Source: Parcubacteria group bacterium (GTDB lineage: Bacteria > Patescibacteriota > Minisyncoccia > Moranbacterales > UBA2206). From it: a DNA stretch of 64,000 nt. Made by a program: the position numbers and the translations under genes. Shown in pieces: positions 49,683 through 59,426 of the stretch (its first letter is position 1; each line of letters opens with the position of its first letter). Where the stretch lies: the NCBI GenBank assembly GCA_041664225.1, contig JBAYLE010000001.1, positions 4,939-68,938 on the forward strand. The letters run 5' to 3'. The notes under the pieces are model-generated. The model had not been told where the DNA came from and made no database searches. It saw nothing but the letters and a program-made list of their open reading frames with translations.

Positions 49683-50375
49683 ATGATACTCGGAGGATAT
49701 CAAAAGTTAACTTTAATAGACTATCCCGGTAAGATAGCAGCCACAGTTTTTACTGTCGGTTGCAGTTTTCGCTGTCCGTTTTGCCATAATCCGGAATTGG
49801 TCAATCTGCGTTTGGCGCATGATGAGAAATCAGAAAAAGAATTTTTTGAATTTCTGAAAAAGCGCAAGGGAAAAATCGAAGGAGTCTGCATTACCGGCGG
49901 CGAACCGACTATACAGCCGGACCTGATCGATTTTATCAAAAAAATAAGAAAGTTGGGATTTTTGGTGAAACTAGATACTAATGGCAGTCGTCCGGATGTT
50001 TTGAAAAAACTGTTGGACGCAAAGCTTCTTGATTTTGTGGCGATGGATATAAAAAACAGTCTGAAAAGATATAACAAAACAATCGGGAATAAGGTCGACA
50101 CGGACCGGATCAAGTTGAGTGTTGATCTGATCAAAAATAGCCGGTTGCCATATGAGTTCAGAACCACAGTTGTTCCCGGAATTCACACCGAAAAAGATTT
50201 CGAAGAAATTACCAAATGGATCAAGGGTGCCAAAAGTTATTATCTCCAGGAGTATCGCGAAATAAAAATCTTAGATCCTAAATTAAAGAAGAAAACTAAA
50301 GGCAAAAAAATAGATCTGGAAAAAATTAAGAAAAAAATAGAAAATAATTTTGATAAAATGGGAATACGCAGATGA
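49683..50375 (+). CDS. nrdG: Anaerobic RNR activating enzyme
   Basis: LIDYPG, GCSFRCPFCHN, ITGGEPT, KLDTNG, EFRTT. Confidence 0.93.
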   Translation: MILGGYQKLTLIDYPGKIAATVFTVGCSFRCPFCHNPELVNLRLAHDEKSEKEFFEFLKKRKGKIEGVCITGGEPTIQPDLIDFIKKIRKLGFLVKLDTNGSRPDVLKKLLDAKLLDFVAMDIKNSLKRYNKTIGNKVDTDRIKLSVDLIKNSRLPYEFRTTVVPGIHTEKDFEEITKWIKGAKSYYLQEYREIKILDPKLKKKTKGKKIDLEKIKKKIENNFDKMGIRR

Positions 50376-50593
50376 GAATTTATGTAAAAGTTTCGCCTCG
50401 TTCTTCTAAAAACGAAGTCACTCGAGTTTCCGAGGGAGAATATAAGGTGAAACTGACTGCTCCGCCAGTTGACGGACAAGCCAATGATATGCTAATCAAA
50501 ATTTTGGCTGAATACTTTGACGTCGCCAAGAGTTGCGTAAAAATAGTCGGTGGCAAGTCAGCGAAAACAAAAATAATAGAAGTATCTGGGTGA
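50372..50593 (+). CDS. DUF167 (YggU) family protein
   Basis: VKVSPRSS, LTAPPVDGQAN, G.SAKTK. Confidence 0.88.
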   Translation: MRIYVKVSPRSSKNEVTRVSEGEYKVKLTAPPVDGQANDMLIKILAEYFDVAKSCVKIVGGKSAKTKIIEVSG

Positions 50594-52143
50594 ATAAATC
50601 GAAAATTTTTCTCATTTTGTCGTTGAGTTTTATTGGGGGGATTTTTTTACGGTCATTTTTTGATATCAATGTTTACATTGTTTATTTTTTAGCAATTCTG
50701 GCTGTAATAGTCGTCAGTGTTTTTTACCCCCACACCAATTCCAAAGATCCAAAAAAAGCTTCTGATAAAAATACAGGCAATATCAGTGATGAAATTGGTG
50801 TGGGGGTGAATAAAAATAAAATAATTTTAGTTTCGGGATGCGCAATCCTGTTTTTTGTTTTTGGTATTTGGCTGGTGGGAGAAAAACTTTCGGAAACAAA
50901 AAATATAAATCAGAAAGTGAGAGTCTTTTCAGGCGAAGCCTTGATTGCCAAAGAACCCGTTATAAAAGACAATTACCAGCAAATTGTGGTGGAAATATTA
51001 CTTAAAAGCGAAGCTCCTAAGTCGAAAGTTTTGATAAATGTCGGAAAATATCCGGAATATTTTTATGGCGATAAAATAAAGCTTGGTTGCAATTTGGAGA
51101 TGCCGCAAAATTACGAGGATGGTTTTGACTATCGGATGTATCTGGCCAAGGATAGAATTTTTTATGTTTGCAAAAGCGCAAAATTAGAGCTAATAGAGCA
51201 TGACCAGGGTAATAAACTTTATGCTGGAATTTTAAAACTAAAAAATAATTTTAATAAAAATATCAACCAGCTGATTCCATTTCCCGAATCTGGACTGATG
51301 AGCGGGCTGATTTTGGGCGGCAGTTCCGGGTTGCCAAAAGAGTTGCAAAACAATTTTTCGCGTACGGGGCTTACGCACATCGTGGCTGTTTCCGGGTATA
51401 ATGTTACGATTCTAGCGGAATATCTGATCTGGTTTTTTATTTTTATCGGGCTATGGAGAAAACAGGCTTTCTGGTTTGCCATCTCGGGAATTTTTCTTTT
51501 TGTCCTGATGACCGGCCTGCCATCTTCGGCGGTGCGGGCGGGAGTGATGGGTTCGCTTTTGCTTTGGGCGATGAAAAACGGGCGGCTGGCTAATTCGCGA
51601 AATGCGATTGTTTTTGCGGCAGCGGTGATGTTGGTTTTGAATCCATTGGCACTGCGCTGGGATATCGGATTTCAGCTTTCATTTCTAGCGACGCTCGGAA
51701 TAATTTATTTGTTTCCACTGTTTGAAGAAAAATTAAACAGAAATGGCAAAATGTTCTGGCTGTGGGAAATTCTATTTTTGTCTCTCTCTGCGCAAATTTT
51801 TGTGCTACCAATAATTTTGTATAATTTCCATAATTTATCACTTATTGCTCTTTTAGCTAATATTTTGATTTTGCCGATCATTCCACTGACGATGCTATTG
51901 GGATTTCTCATGGCAATGACTAATTTTATTTTTGCGCCTCTGGCAACGGTGCTGGCTTGGTTGACATTCTTGCCGCTCAAATACGAAACGACAGTTGTCA
52001 ACATTTTGGCTAGCTTTAATTTTTCCGCGGTAGAAATTAAAAATTTTCCATGGTGGGGAGTTGCGGTTTGGTATATAATAATCTTACTTTCTTTGTTCGC
52101 AAAGAAAGTAACAAAGAAACTCTCGAGCAGGCTCATAAATTGA
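50590..52143 (+). CDS. comEC: ComEC/Rec2 competence protein, membrane part
   Basis: GFDY..YL, TGLTHIVAVSGYN, SAVRA, GFQLSFLAT; GTGA overlap start. Confidence 0.92.
   Translation: MNKSKIFLILSLSFIGGIFLRSFFDINVYIVYFLAILAVIVVSVFYPHTNSKDPKKASDKNTGNISDEIGVGVNKNKIILVSGCAILFFVFGIWLVGEKLSETKNINQKVRVFSGEALIAKEPVIKDNYQQIVVEILLKSEAPKSKVLINVGKYPEYFYGDKIKLGCNLEMPQNYEDGFDYRMYLAKDRIFYVCKSAKLELIEHDQGNKLYAGILKLKNNFNKNINQLIPFPESGLMSGLILGGSSGLPKELQNNFSRTGLTHIVAVSGYNVTILAEYLIWFFIFIGLWRKQAFWFAISGIFLFVLMTGLPSSAVRAGVMGSLLLWAMKNGRLANSRNAIVFAAAVMLVLNPLALRWDIGFQLSFLATLGIIYLFPLFEEKLNRNGKMFWLWEILFLSLSAQIFVLPIILYNFHNLSLIALLANILILPIIPLTMLLGFLMAMTNFIFAPLATVLAWLTFLPLKYETTVVNILASFNFSAVEIKNFPWWGVAVWYIIILLSLFAKKVTKKLSSRLIN
50726..50807. 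mobile_element. MITE-like palindromic element in frame within comEC
   Basis: Perfect 15-bp inverted repeat ACCCCCACACCAATT / AATTGGTGTGGGGGT. Confidence 0.65.
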
Positions 52144-52256
52144 CAAATTCTCGTCTCGCTGGCTAAAAGTTCACGGCTGCTTCCGAGGCGGAATCAAGGA
52201 ACTTTTTTAACGCCAGCTTCGCCGGAATTTGTGACAATTTATTTCGCAATGCTCGA
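52083..52256 (+). repeat. Structured ~170-nt repeat element, copy B
   Basis: CTTACTTTCTTT..AAAGAAAGTAACAAAGAAACTC..GCTAAAAGTTC..GAACTTTTTTAACG, colinear with 27135-27301. Confidence 0.8.
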
Positions 52257-52344
52257 AAAATTATGTCTAACTTTTTTAAACACTCAAGAACCTCAATTTG
52301 TAATAGTAAATTAGCTAGGTTGGATATAGTCTAAATTTTTAAAA

Positions 52345-53208
52345 ATGCGCAATAGAAAAACAACTTACATATTTCTTTTGGCTTTATTGGTTTTGGCGTC
52401 AATTTTGGCCGGAGTTATTTTTGTCCAAAAATCGCGAGAGTTGAAAATAATTTTTTTGGATGTCGGGCAGGGTGACGCGATTTTGATCGAACAAGGCTCA
52501 AAGCAAATTCTGATTGACGGCGGGCCGAGCGGGCAAGCGCTTTTGGAAAAATTAGGCAAACTTGTTCCCTTTTGGGATAGAAACATTGAAATGATCATCG
52601 TGACTCATCCGGATGCTGATCACATCACTGGTTTGGTGGATGTGATGCAAAATTATAATATTGGAATAGTCATGCAGACCAATGGCACAAGCGATTCGCA
52701 AATTTTCAAAAAATTTGAAGATTTGATCCGAATGAAAAAAATCGAAACGATCGAAGCGCAAAGAGGAGAAAAAATAAACTTAGCGGAAAATACCGAGATA
52801 GAAATTTTAAATCCTAGTCTGGAAACTCCGATTAGCGCTGAGGACACAAACGCAAGCAGCGTAGTTGCTCGTTTAATTTTTGGAGAGAATACATTTTTAT
52901 TCACAGGCGATTTGCCGGTTGAGCAAGAAGCAGAGCTGATAAATAAAAATATAAATTTAGCCGCGAAGGTGCTTAAGATTGCCCATCATGGCTCAAAATA
53001 TTCCACCAGCAGAGAATTTTTGCAGGCTGTTAATTCGGAGGACGCGGTAATTTCTGTTGGTAAAAATAATCGCTATGGCCATCCGGCGGCTGAAACGATC
53101 GAAAGGCTCAAAAATAAAAGCATAAGAATTTTGAGGACTGATGAGATGGGGGACATTGAATACGCGTGTGCGAATCCTGTTGCAAAATGCACTGTTGTTG
53201 CCAACTGA
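52345..53208 (+). CDS. ComEC-type metallo-beta-lactamase domain protein
   Basis: FLDVGQGDA, LIDGG, THPDADH, FTGD, HHGS, NRYGHP, RTD..G. Confidence 0.92.
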   Translation: MRNRKTTYIFLLALLVLASILAGVIFVQKSRELKIIFLDVGQGDAILIEQGSKQILIDGGPSGQALLEKLGKLVPFWDRNIEMIIVTHPDADHITGLVDVMQNYNIGIVMQTNGTSDSQIFKKFEDLIRMKKIETIEAQRGEKINLAENTEIEILNPSLETPISAEDTNASSVVARLIFGENTFLFTGDLPVEQEAELINKNINLAAKVLKIAHHGSKYSTSREFLQAVNSEDAVISVGKNNRYGHPAAETIERLKNKSIRILRTDEMGDIEYACANPVAKCTVVAN

Positions 53209-53281
53209 TTTTTTTTGTGATAGCATAATTTGTGTAATACCTCGCGAGGGGTTTTTAATTAATATTTTTTAAAGTAAAAAT

Positions 53282-54361
53282 ATGAAATACGAAAAAGATT
53301 TTCCGGTTTTCAAGACTAAAGTCGAAGGGCTGGATAAAAAATTTGATTTATCAGATTTGAGCGGGAGACAGGAATATTTTCAGGCTAAGGCTGGAGATGA
53401 AATTGCCAAGTTAAAGAAATTTTTTGATGAAGGCAACACTTTCATTGCTTATCTTTTAGGCAAGAAAAACGCAGGCAAGGGGACTTATACAAAGTTACTG
53501 ATGGAAATATTTGGCAAGGATAAAATCGCGCACATTTCAGTGGGTGATGTTGTCAGAGATATCCACGCGGCCATGGAAGATCCGGAGGAAAAGAAAGCCC
53601 TGATAGAATATATGAATAAAAATTATAGAGGCTATATTTCTGTCGAGAATGGCATTAACGCGCTTTTGGACAGGGATCAAAAAACGCTTTTGCCCAATGA
53701 ATTCATAATGGCCTTAGTAAAAAGGGAAATCAGCAAGGCTGGCAAAAAAGCAGTCTTTCTTGACGGATTTCCGAGAAATTTGGATCAAGTTTCTTATGCT
53801 TTGTTTTTCAAAGAGCTGGTTGATTTCAGAGAAGACCCGGATATTTTTGTGGCTATTGATATTCCAGAGGCGGTTATTGATGAACGCATGAAGTTCAGAG
53901 TTGTTTGTCCAATTTGCCATACTCCGAGAAATTTAAAACTTTTTTCGACCAAGGAAGTTGGTTATGATGAAACTGCCAAGAAATTTTTTCTAAAATGTGA
54001 CAACCCGGAATGCAAGGGGGCTGCGATGAGCGGCAAAGAAGGTGATAATATGGGCATTGAATCAATTCGCGACAGGCTCGAGCTGGATGAAAAATTGATT
54101 AATAAAATTTTCACATTGCACGGAGTTTCAAAGATTCTGCTTAGAAATGCTGTTCCTGTGGCTGTAGCTAAGGATACGGTTGATGAATATGAAATCACTC
54201 CGGCTTACAGTTATGAATATGATGAAAATGCAAAGACAGTGAAGACCATTGAATCCCCATTTGCGGTGAAAGATGATGAGGGCGTGGAAGTGTATAGTCT
54301 TTTAGCGCCTCCGGTTGTTGTTTCGTTTGTAAAACAATTGGCCAAGGCATTGGGACTGTAG
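53282..54361 (+). CDS. Atypical adenylate/nucleoside monophosphate kinase
   Basis: GKKNAGKGT P-loop, HISVGD, LDGFPRN..Q, CPIC..CDNPEC lid. Confidence 0.82.
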   Translation: MKYEKDFPVFKTKVEGLDKKFDLSDLSGRQEYFQAKAGDEIAKLKKFFDEGNTFIAYLLGKKNAGKGTYTKLLMEIFGKDKIAHISVGDVVRDIHAAMEDPEEKKALIEYMNKNYRGYISVENGINALLDRDQKTLLPNEFIMALVKREISKAGKKAVFLDGFPRNLDQVSYALFFKELVDFREDPDIFVAIDIPEAVIDERMKFRVVCPICHTPRNLKLFSTKEVGYDETAKKFFLKCDNPECKGAAMSGKEGDNMGIESIRDRLELDEKLINKIFTLHGVSKILLRNAVPVAVAKDTVDEYEITPAYSYEYDENAKTVKTIESPFAVKDDEGVEVYSLLAPPVVVSFVKQLAKALGL

Positions 54362-54414
54362 GTTCTGGCGAAATCATGGAATAAATATCGGCTTATCCAC
54401 AATCTGTTCTCGAC

Positions 54415-54443
54415 AAAAAATCCTCTTCTTCAGAGGATTTTTC
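54415..54443. terminator. Bidirectional intrinsic terminator
   Basis: AAAAAATCCTCT..AGAGGATTTTT between convergent genes. Confidence 0.7.
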
Positions 54444-54459
54444 TTTTTACGGAAGATTG

Positions 54460-54627
54460 TTATTTGGACATCGTTTTGACACAGCGGGTGCAGACCTTCT
54501 TTTTCACGCCATCAACCTTTTTGGTTTGCAGATTAATACTGAATTTTCGAAGAGATTTAACATTGGAATGGCTGACCTTGTGTCCGGACTGCGCGCCGCG
54601 GCCGCAAATAGAACATACTTTACTCAT
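54460..54627 (-). CDS. rpmB: 50S ribosomal protein bL28 (zinc-binding type); not in the ORF track
   Basis: Manual translation MSKVCSICGRGAQSGHKVSHSNVKSLRKFSINLQTKKVDGVKKKVCTRCVKTMSK (55 aa). Confidence 0.93.
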   Translation of the reverse strand: MSKVCSICGRGAQSGHKVSHSNVKSLRKFSINLQTKKVDGVKKKVCTRCVKTMSK

Positions 54628-54715
54628 AATGAATGTTGATTTATAGTTGCTTAGTGACAGAGTTTAGGTTATCATAGGAACAAAGTTTTGGCAAATAAAT
54701 AACTAGGCGAAAATC

Positions 54716-55408
54716 ATGCAAGAAGCAATTCTAATTATATTTTACGTAATCATTCTTCTTTATTCGGTCATAATCCACGAAGTGGCGCATGGCGTCATGG
54801 CTTTATGGCTAGGGGACCCCACGGCCAAATATGCCGGCCGCTTGACGGCCAATCCATTAAAGCATATTGATCCGTGGATGACGATTATGGCGCCGATTTT
54901 ACTGTTAGTTATGAGTGGCGGGCGTTTTGCGTTCGGAGGGGCCAAGCCAGTGCCGTATAATCCATATAATTTGAAAAATCAAAAATGGGGTCCAACACTC
55001 GTGGCTTTTGCCGGACCGCTTACAAATATTTTAATTGCTGTGGTTTTTGCGATCGCGGCCAGATTGATCAGTTTGCCGATGGCGGCGAAAATAGACATAA
55101 TTTCCAATTTCAATGATTGGGGCGCAATCGCCCAAGTAATTTCAGGATCGGCTCCCTCGATTATGTTTGAACTTTGCGTCATGGTAATTTTTTGGAATGT
55201 CTTGCTGGCCTTTTTCAATTTAATACCGATTCCGCCCTTAGATGGTTCCAAACTGCTATTTGCCGTTTTGCCGATCAAAATTGAGACGATGGCTATTCTT
55301 GAGCAATTTGGCTTTGTTATTTTACTTCTTGCGATTGTCTTTTTTTCCGGTCCATTGGGATATTTCTTGAATTTTATGCTCAATCTCTTTTTGGGTATTA
55401 CAATATGA
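54716..55408 (+). CDS. Site-2 protease (M50)
   Basis: HEVAHG, AGP..N, FNLIPIPPLDGS. Confidence 0.93.
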   Translation: MQEAILIIFYVIILLYSVIIHEVAHGVMALWLGDPTAKYAGRLTANPLKHIDPWMTIMAPILLLVMSGGRFAFGGAKPVPYNPYNLKNQKWGPTLVAFAGPLTNILIAVVFAIAARLISLPMAAKIDIISNFNDWGAIAQVISGSAPSIMFELCVMVIFWNVLLAFFNLIPIPPLDGSKLLFAVLPIKIETMAILEQFGFVILLLAIVFFSGPLGYFLNFMLNLFLGITI

Positions 55409-55420
55409 TAAGGGGCAGTA

Positions 55421-55449
55421 TTGACACTTGTTAGAATATCGTATATTAT
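55421..55449 (+). promoter_or_regulatory. Promoter upstream of rpsL
   Basis: TTGACA-N17-TATTAT. Confidence 0.65.
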
Positions 55450-55561
55450 TATTTTGCTAGTAAGTAACCACTAATTGATAACTAATTAAGGCGAATTAAA
55501 GCTAATTAAAATTAGCACAAAGGAAGTTGCAATTCGCTCGCAATTAGCGAATTTTTATTTT

Positions 55562-55981
55562 ATGCCGACAATCAATCAACTTAAGAGAAAATCAAGAAAA
55601 TCAACCGGGAAAAAGAGCAAGTCCCCGGCTTTTAAGCATGTTTTCAATACTTTGAAAAATAGGCCGACGAAATCAGACGGACCGTTCAAACGCGGAGTTT
55701 GTTTGAAAGTAAGCACAACGACTCCGAAGAAACCGAACTCGGCGCTACGAAAAATTGCGAGGGTACGACTTACAAATGGTATGGAGGTAACCGCATACAT
55801 TCCAGGTATTGGCCATAATTTACAAGAGCACTCCATTGTTATGATCAGGGGCGGGAGAGTAAAGGATCTTCCGGGTGTGCGTTACCACGTTGTCCGCGGC
55901 GTTCTTGACAGTGCGGGGGTTGCCAATCGAAAACGCGGCCGCAGCAAGTATGGGGCTAAGCGGGAAAAAGCTAAAGAATAA
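55562..55981 (+). CDS. rpsL: 30S ribosomal protein uS12
   Basis: [27 protein letters not shown]. Confidence 0.98.
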   Translation: MPTINQLKRKSRKSTGKKSKSPAFKHVFNTLKNRPTKSDGPFKRGVCLKVSTTTPKKPNSALRKIARVRLTNGMEVTAYIPGIGHNLQEHSIVMIRGGRVKDLPGVRYHVVRGVLDSAGVANRKRGRSKYGAKREKAKE

Positions 55982-56007
55982 TAAAGAGTTAAAGATTTTA
56001 TAAAATT

Positions 56008-56475
56008 ATGCCACGTAGAAAAAGAATTTATAAGAAAAACATCAAAGCTGATCCGAAATATAACAATGTTTTGGTTGGAAAATTTGTCGGAAACATCATG
56101 CAAGCCGGAAAGAGATCAGTTGCGGAAAAAATCATGTATGATGCTTTTGATATTATTCACGAAAGAACCAAAAAAGGCGGACTGAATATTTTTGAGCAAG
56201 CGTTGAAAAATGTCGCTCCCTTGGTTGAACTCAAATCCAGACGAGTGGGCGGAGCGAACTATCAGGTGCCAGTTCCGGTCTCCGGCGAAAGAAGGACAAC
56301 CCTGGCAATCCGTTGGATCAAAGCGGCAGTTAGAGGAAAAAAAGGCAAGAGAATGGCTGAAAAATTAGCAGATGAATTTTTAGATGCTTCAAATAAGACT
56401 GGTGGAGCAATTAAGAAAAGGGATGATGTCCACAGGATGGCTGAAGCCAATAAGGCCTTTGCTCACTTTGCGTAG
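56008..56475 (+). CDS. rpsG: 30S ribosomal protein uS7
   Basis: SRRVGGANYQVP, HRMAEANKAFAHF. Confidence 0.98.
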   Translation: MPRRKRIYKKNIKADPKYNNVLVGKFVGNIMQAGKRSVAEKIMYDAFDIIHERTKKGGLNIFEQALKNVAPLVELKSRRVGGANYQVPVPVSGERRTTLAIRWIKAAVRGKKGKRMAEKLADEFLDASNKTGGAIKKRDDVHRMAEANKAFAHFA

Positions 56476-56536
56476 AAATTAATTTTTTTTAAGACATTAG
56501 GACCTTTGGGGCCCATTGATCTGGTTTTTAAATTTT

Positions 56537-58627
56537 ATGGCTCGTCAGTATCCAATCGAAAAATATAGAAATATCGGGATTATTGCCCATATTGATGCCG
56601 GTAAAACAACAACTACCGAGCGTGTTTTGTTTTACACCGGAATCACGCACAAGATCGGAGAGGTGCATGAAGGCGCGGCGACGATGGATTGGATGGAGCA
56701 AGAAAAAGAACGTGGCATCACTATCACCTCTGCCGCTACAACTTGCTTTTGGAAAGAACATCAGATCAATATTATAGATACTCCGGGGCACGTGGATTTC
56801 ACGGTGGAAGTAGAAAGATCCATGCGCGTGCTGGACGGCGGTGTGGTGGTGTTTGATGGCAAGGAAGGCGTGGAACCGCAATCAGAAACTGTGTGGCGCC
56901 AAGCGGACAAATATAACGTGCCCAGAATTTGTTTTATTAACAAAATCGACAAAGAAGGCGCAGACTTTTTCTTTTCTTTAAAAACTATTTGGGATCGCTT
57001 GACTCCTAATGCGGTGGCGGCGCAAATTCCGATCGGTGAACGTGGCGATTTTATCGGTGTCGTTGATCTTTTGACTATGAAAGCATTCACTTTCGAAGGT
57101 GAAATGGGTATTGAAGTGGTTGAAGGTGAAATTCCCGCTGATTTGGTAGAAAAAGCCAAGGAATGGCGAGAAAAATTAGTTGAAAAAATCGCTGAAAATG
57201 ATGATAAATTGGCGGACAAATATTTAAACGGAGAAGAAATCAGCGTCCCGGAACTGAAAGCTGCGTTGCGCCGGGAGGTTATTGATGTAAAAGTTATTCC
57301 GGTTTTCACTGGCACCGCTCTTCGCAATAAGGGCGTGCAATTAATTTTGGATGCAGTAGTTGATTATCTGCCCTCGCCGCTGGACGTTCCAGCCATCAAG
57401 GGGCATGATGTCAATGACGCAACCAGAGAAATTGCGGTTAGTCCAAGAGACGATGCTCCGTTTGCTGCTTTGGCTTTCAAGGTAGCTACGGATCCGTTTG
57501 TGGGCCAACTGACTTTTTTTCGTGTATATTCCGGAACAATCAAAGCCGGATCATATGTTTTGAATGCGGGCAAAGGCGAAAAAGAAAGAGTGGGCAGAAT
57601 CTTACGCATGCATGCCAATCACCGCGAAGAAGTTGATGAACTATATTCCGGCGGTATTGGCGCTTTAGTGGGCATGAAAGCCACGACGACCGGCGATACG
57701 CTTTGTGATTTGGAACATCCTGTCCTTTTGGAGTCAATCACGTTTCCTGAACCGGTAATTTCTATTGCGATTGAGCCGAAAACTAAAGCTGATCAGGAAA
57801 AAATGGGCTTGGCCTTGCGCCGTTTGGCGGAAGAAGATCCGACTTTCAAAATGCGCACGGACGAAGAAACCGGGCAGACAATTATTTCCGGCATGGGCGA
57901 ATTACATCTGGATATTATCGTTGACCGTATGAAACGAGAATTTAAAGTGGAGGCCAACATTGGCCAGCCGCAAGTGGCTTATCGGGAAACGATCAAATCT
58001 CCGGCACAGGCGGAAGGCAAATATATCAAGCAATCCGGTGGACGTGGACAATATGGACATTGTTGGATCAAGGTTGAACCGCAAGAGCCTGGCAAGGGGT
58101 TTGAGTTTATCAGTGAAATCAAAGGCGGAGCTATTCCACAAGAATATATTACCCCGATCGGTAAGGGTGTGAAAGACGCGATGGACAGCGGTGTATTGGC
58201 CGGCTATCCCTTGGTGGATGTTAAAGCGACAGTTTATGACGGATCTTTCCATGAGGTGGACTCGTCCGAGGCTGCTTTTCGTATTGCCGGTTCAATGGCG
58301 ACCAAAGAAGCGGTCAGACGCGCTAATCCAGTGATTCTGGAACCGATCATGAAAGTTAATGTGATTACGCCGGAAAACTTTATGGGCGATGTTGTCGGCG
58401 ATATTAATTCCAAGCGGGGAATTATCAAAGAAATGAATGACAGAGGGGAAGGAATGGCGCGCGTGAAGGTGATCGATGCCGAAGCCCCGCTTTCTTCGAT
58501 GTTTGGATACGCGACCCAATTGCGGTCAATGAGCCAAGGCAGGGCCAACTATTCCATGGAATTTTCCCATTACGCCGAAGTGCCGAAAAACATTGCGGAA
58601 GAAATCATCGGCGGAGGAAAAAAATAA
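56537..58627 (+). CDS. fusA: Elongation factor G
   Basis: [40 protein letters not shown]. Confidence 0.98.
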   Translation: MARQYPIEKYRNIGIIAHIDAGKTTTTERVLFYTGITHKIGEVHEGAATMDWMEQEKERGITITSAATTCFWKEHQINIIDTPGHVDFTVEVERSMRVLDGGVVVFDGKEGVEPQSETVWRQADKYNVPRICFINKIDKEGADFFFSLKTIWDRLTPNAVAAQIPIGERGDFIGVVDLLTMKAFTFEGEMGIEVVEGEIPADLVEKAKEWREKLVEKIAENDDKLADKYLNGEEISVPELKAALRREVIDVKVIPVFTGTALRNKGVQLILDAVVDYLPSPLDVPAIKGHDVNDATREIAVSPRDDAPFAALAFKVATDPFVGQLTFFRVYSGTIKAGSYVLNAGKGEKERVGRILRMHANHREEVDELYSGGIGALVGMKATTTGDTLCDLEHPVLLESITFPEPVISIAIEPKTKADQEKMGLALRRLAEEDPTFKMRTDEETGQTIISGMGELHLDIIVDRMKREFKVEANIGQPQVAYRETIKSPAQAEGKYIKQSGGRGQYGHCWIKVEPQEPGKGFEFISEIKGGAIPQEYITPIGKGVKDAMDSGVLAGYPLVDVKATVYDGSFHEVDSSEAAFRIAGSMATKEAVRRANPVILEPIMKVNVITPENFMGDVVGDINSKRGIIKEMNDRGEGMARVKVIDAEAPLSSMFGYATQLRSMSQGRANYSMEFSHYAEVPKNIAEEIIGGGKK

Positions 58628-58646
58628 GACTTGTAACGCTTTTAAT

Positions 58647-58679
58647 AAAAAATCCCGGCTTTAAGGGTCGGGGTTTTTA
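58647..58679 (+). terminator. Intrinsic terminator after fusA
   Basis: AAATCCCGGC..GTCGGGGTTTTT hairpin with G-U pairs. Confidence 0.65.
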
Positions 58680-58700
58680 TTTTCATGGTATAATTATTTT

Positions 58701-59351
58701 ATGAAAAAGATTCTTCCAAAAAAAGAATATGAGATTTTAAAAAAAATAAATACGCCGGTCAAAATTCAGAATTTTTTGGACACGATGCCGATGAATTTTG
58801 AAGAAGAGGGTGACACCTGTTTTTCTCCCATGACAGTTTTAGAAAAAAATTCCTGCCATTGTATTGAGGGTGCCATATTAGCCGCCCTGGCGCTTCGTGT
58901 TCATGGTTATCCACCGCTACTTTTGGATTTAACGGCCGATAAGACTGACTATGATCACGTGGTTACCGTATTTAAAATCGATGGTAAGTGGGGCGCCCTA
59001 TCCAAAACCAACCATTCAGTTTTGCGTTACCGTGAACCAGTCTATGGTTCTGTCCGGGAACTGGTCATGAGCTATTTTCATGATTACGTGAATATTAATA
59101 CGAGCAAAAAAACTTTGCGCAGTTTCGCGCGGCCGGTTAATCTGAAGCGTTTTGATTCTTTGGGTTGGATGACTACCAAAGAAGAAATTTTTTATATCCC
59201 GGCACATCTGGCGGATATTAAACATCATAAAATTTTGAATCGAAAACAAATTCTCAATCTGCGTCCGGCTGATGCGATTGAAATCAAAGTGGGCAGCATT
59301 CAGGAATGGCAAGATTCGCAGGGCAATGCGCCTAAATATCCTTCCTGCTGA
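58701..59351 (+). CDS. Conserved hypothetical protein, possibly transglutaminase/papain-like
   Basis: HCIEGA..AA, DHVV, WGA.SKTN motifs; TGGTATAAT 6 nt before ATG. Confidence 0.7.
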   Translation: MKKILPKKEYEILKKINTPVKIQNFLDTMPMNFEEEGDTCFSPMTVLEKNSCHCIEGAILAALALRVHGYPPLLLDLTADKTDYDHVVTVFKIDGKWGALSKTNHSVLRYREPVYGSVRELVMSYFHDYVNINTSKKTLRSFARPVNLKRFDSLGWMTTKEEIFYIPAHLADIKHHKILNRKQILNLRPADAIEIKVGSIQEWQDSQGNAPKYPSC

Positions 59352-59426
59352 AATAATTTTTTGTTTGATAAATTTCTTAAAAAGATAAAAAATAAATCCC
59401 CGCTGTGCCTTGCGGGGATTTGGTGG

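Noticed and set aside
54457-54646. Two 60-aa plus-strand ORFs
   Set aside because: The real gene is rpmB on the minus strand (54460-54627).
55562-55981. Streptomycin-resistance substitutions in rpsL
   Set aside because: The PKKPNS and RVKDLPG lysines are wild type.
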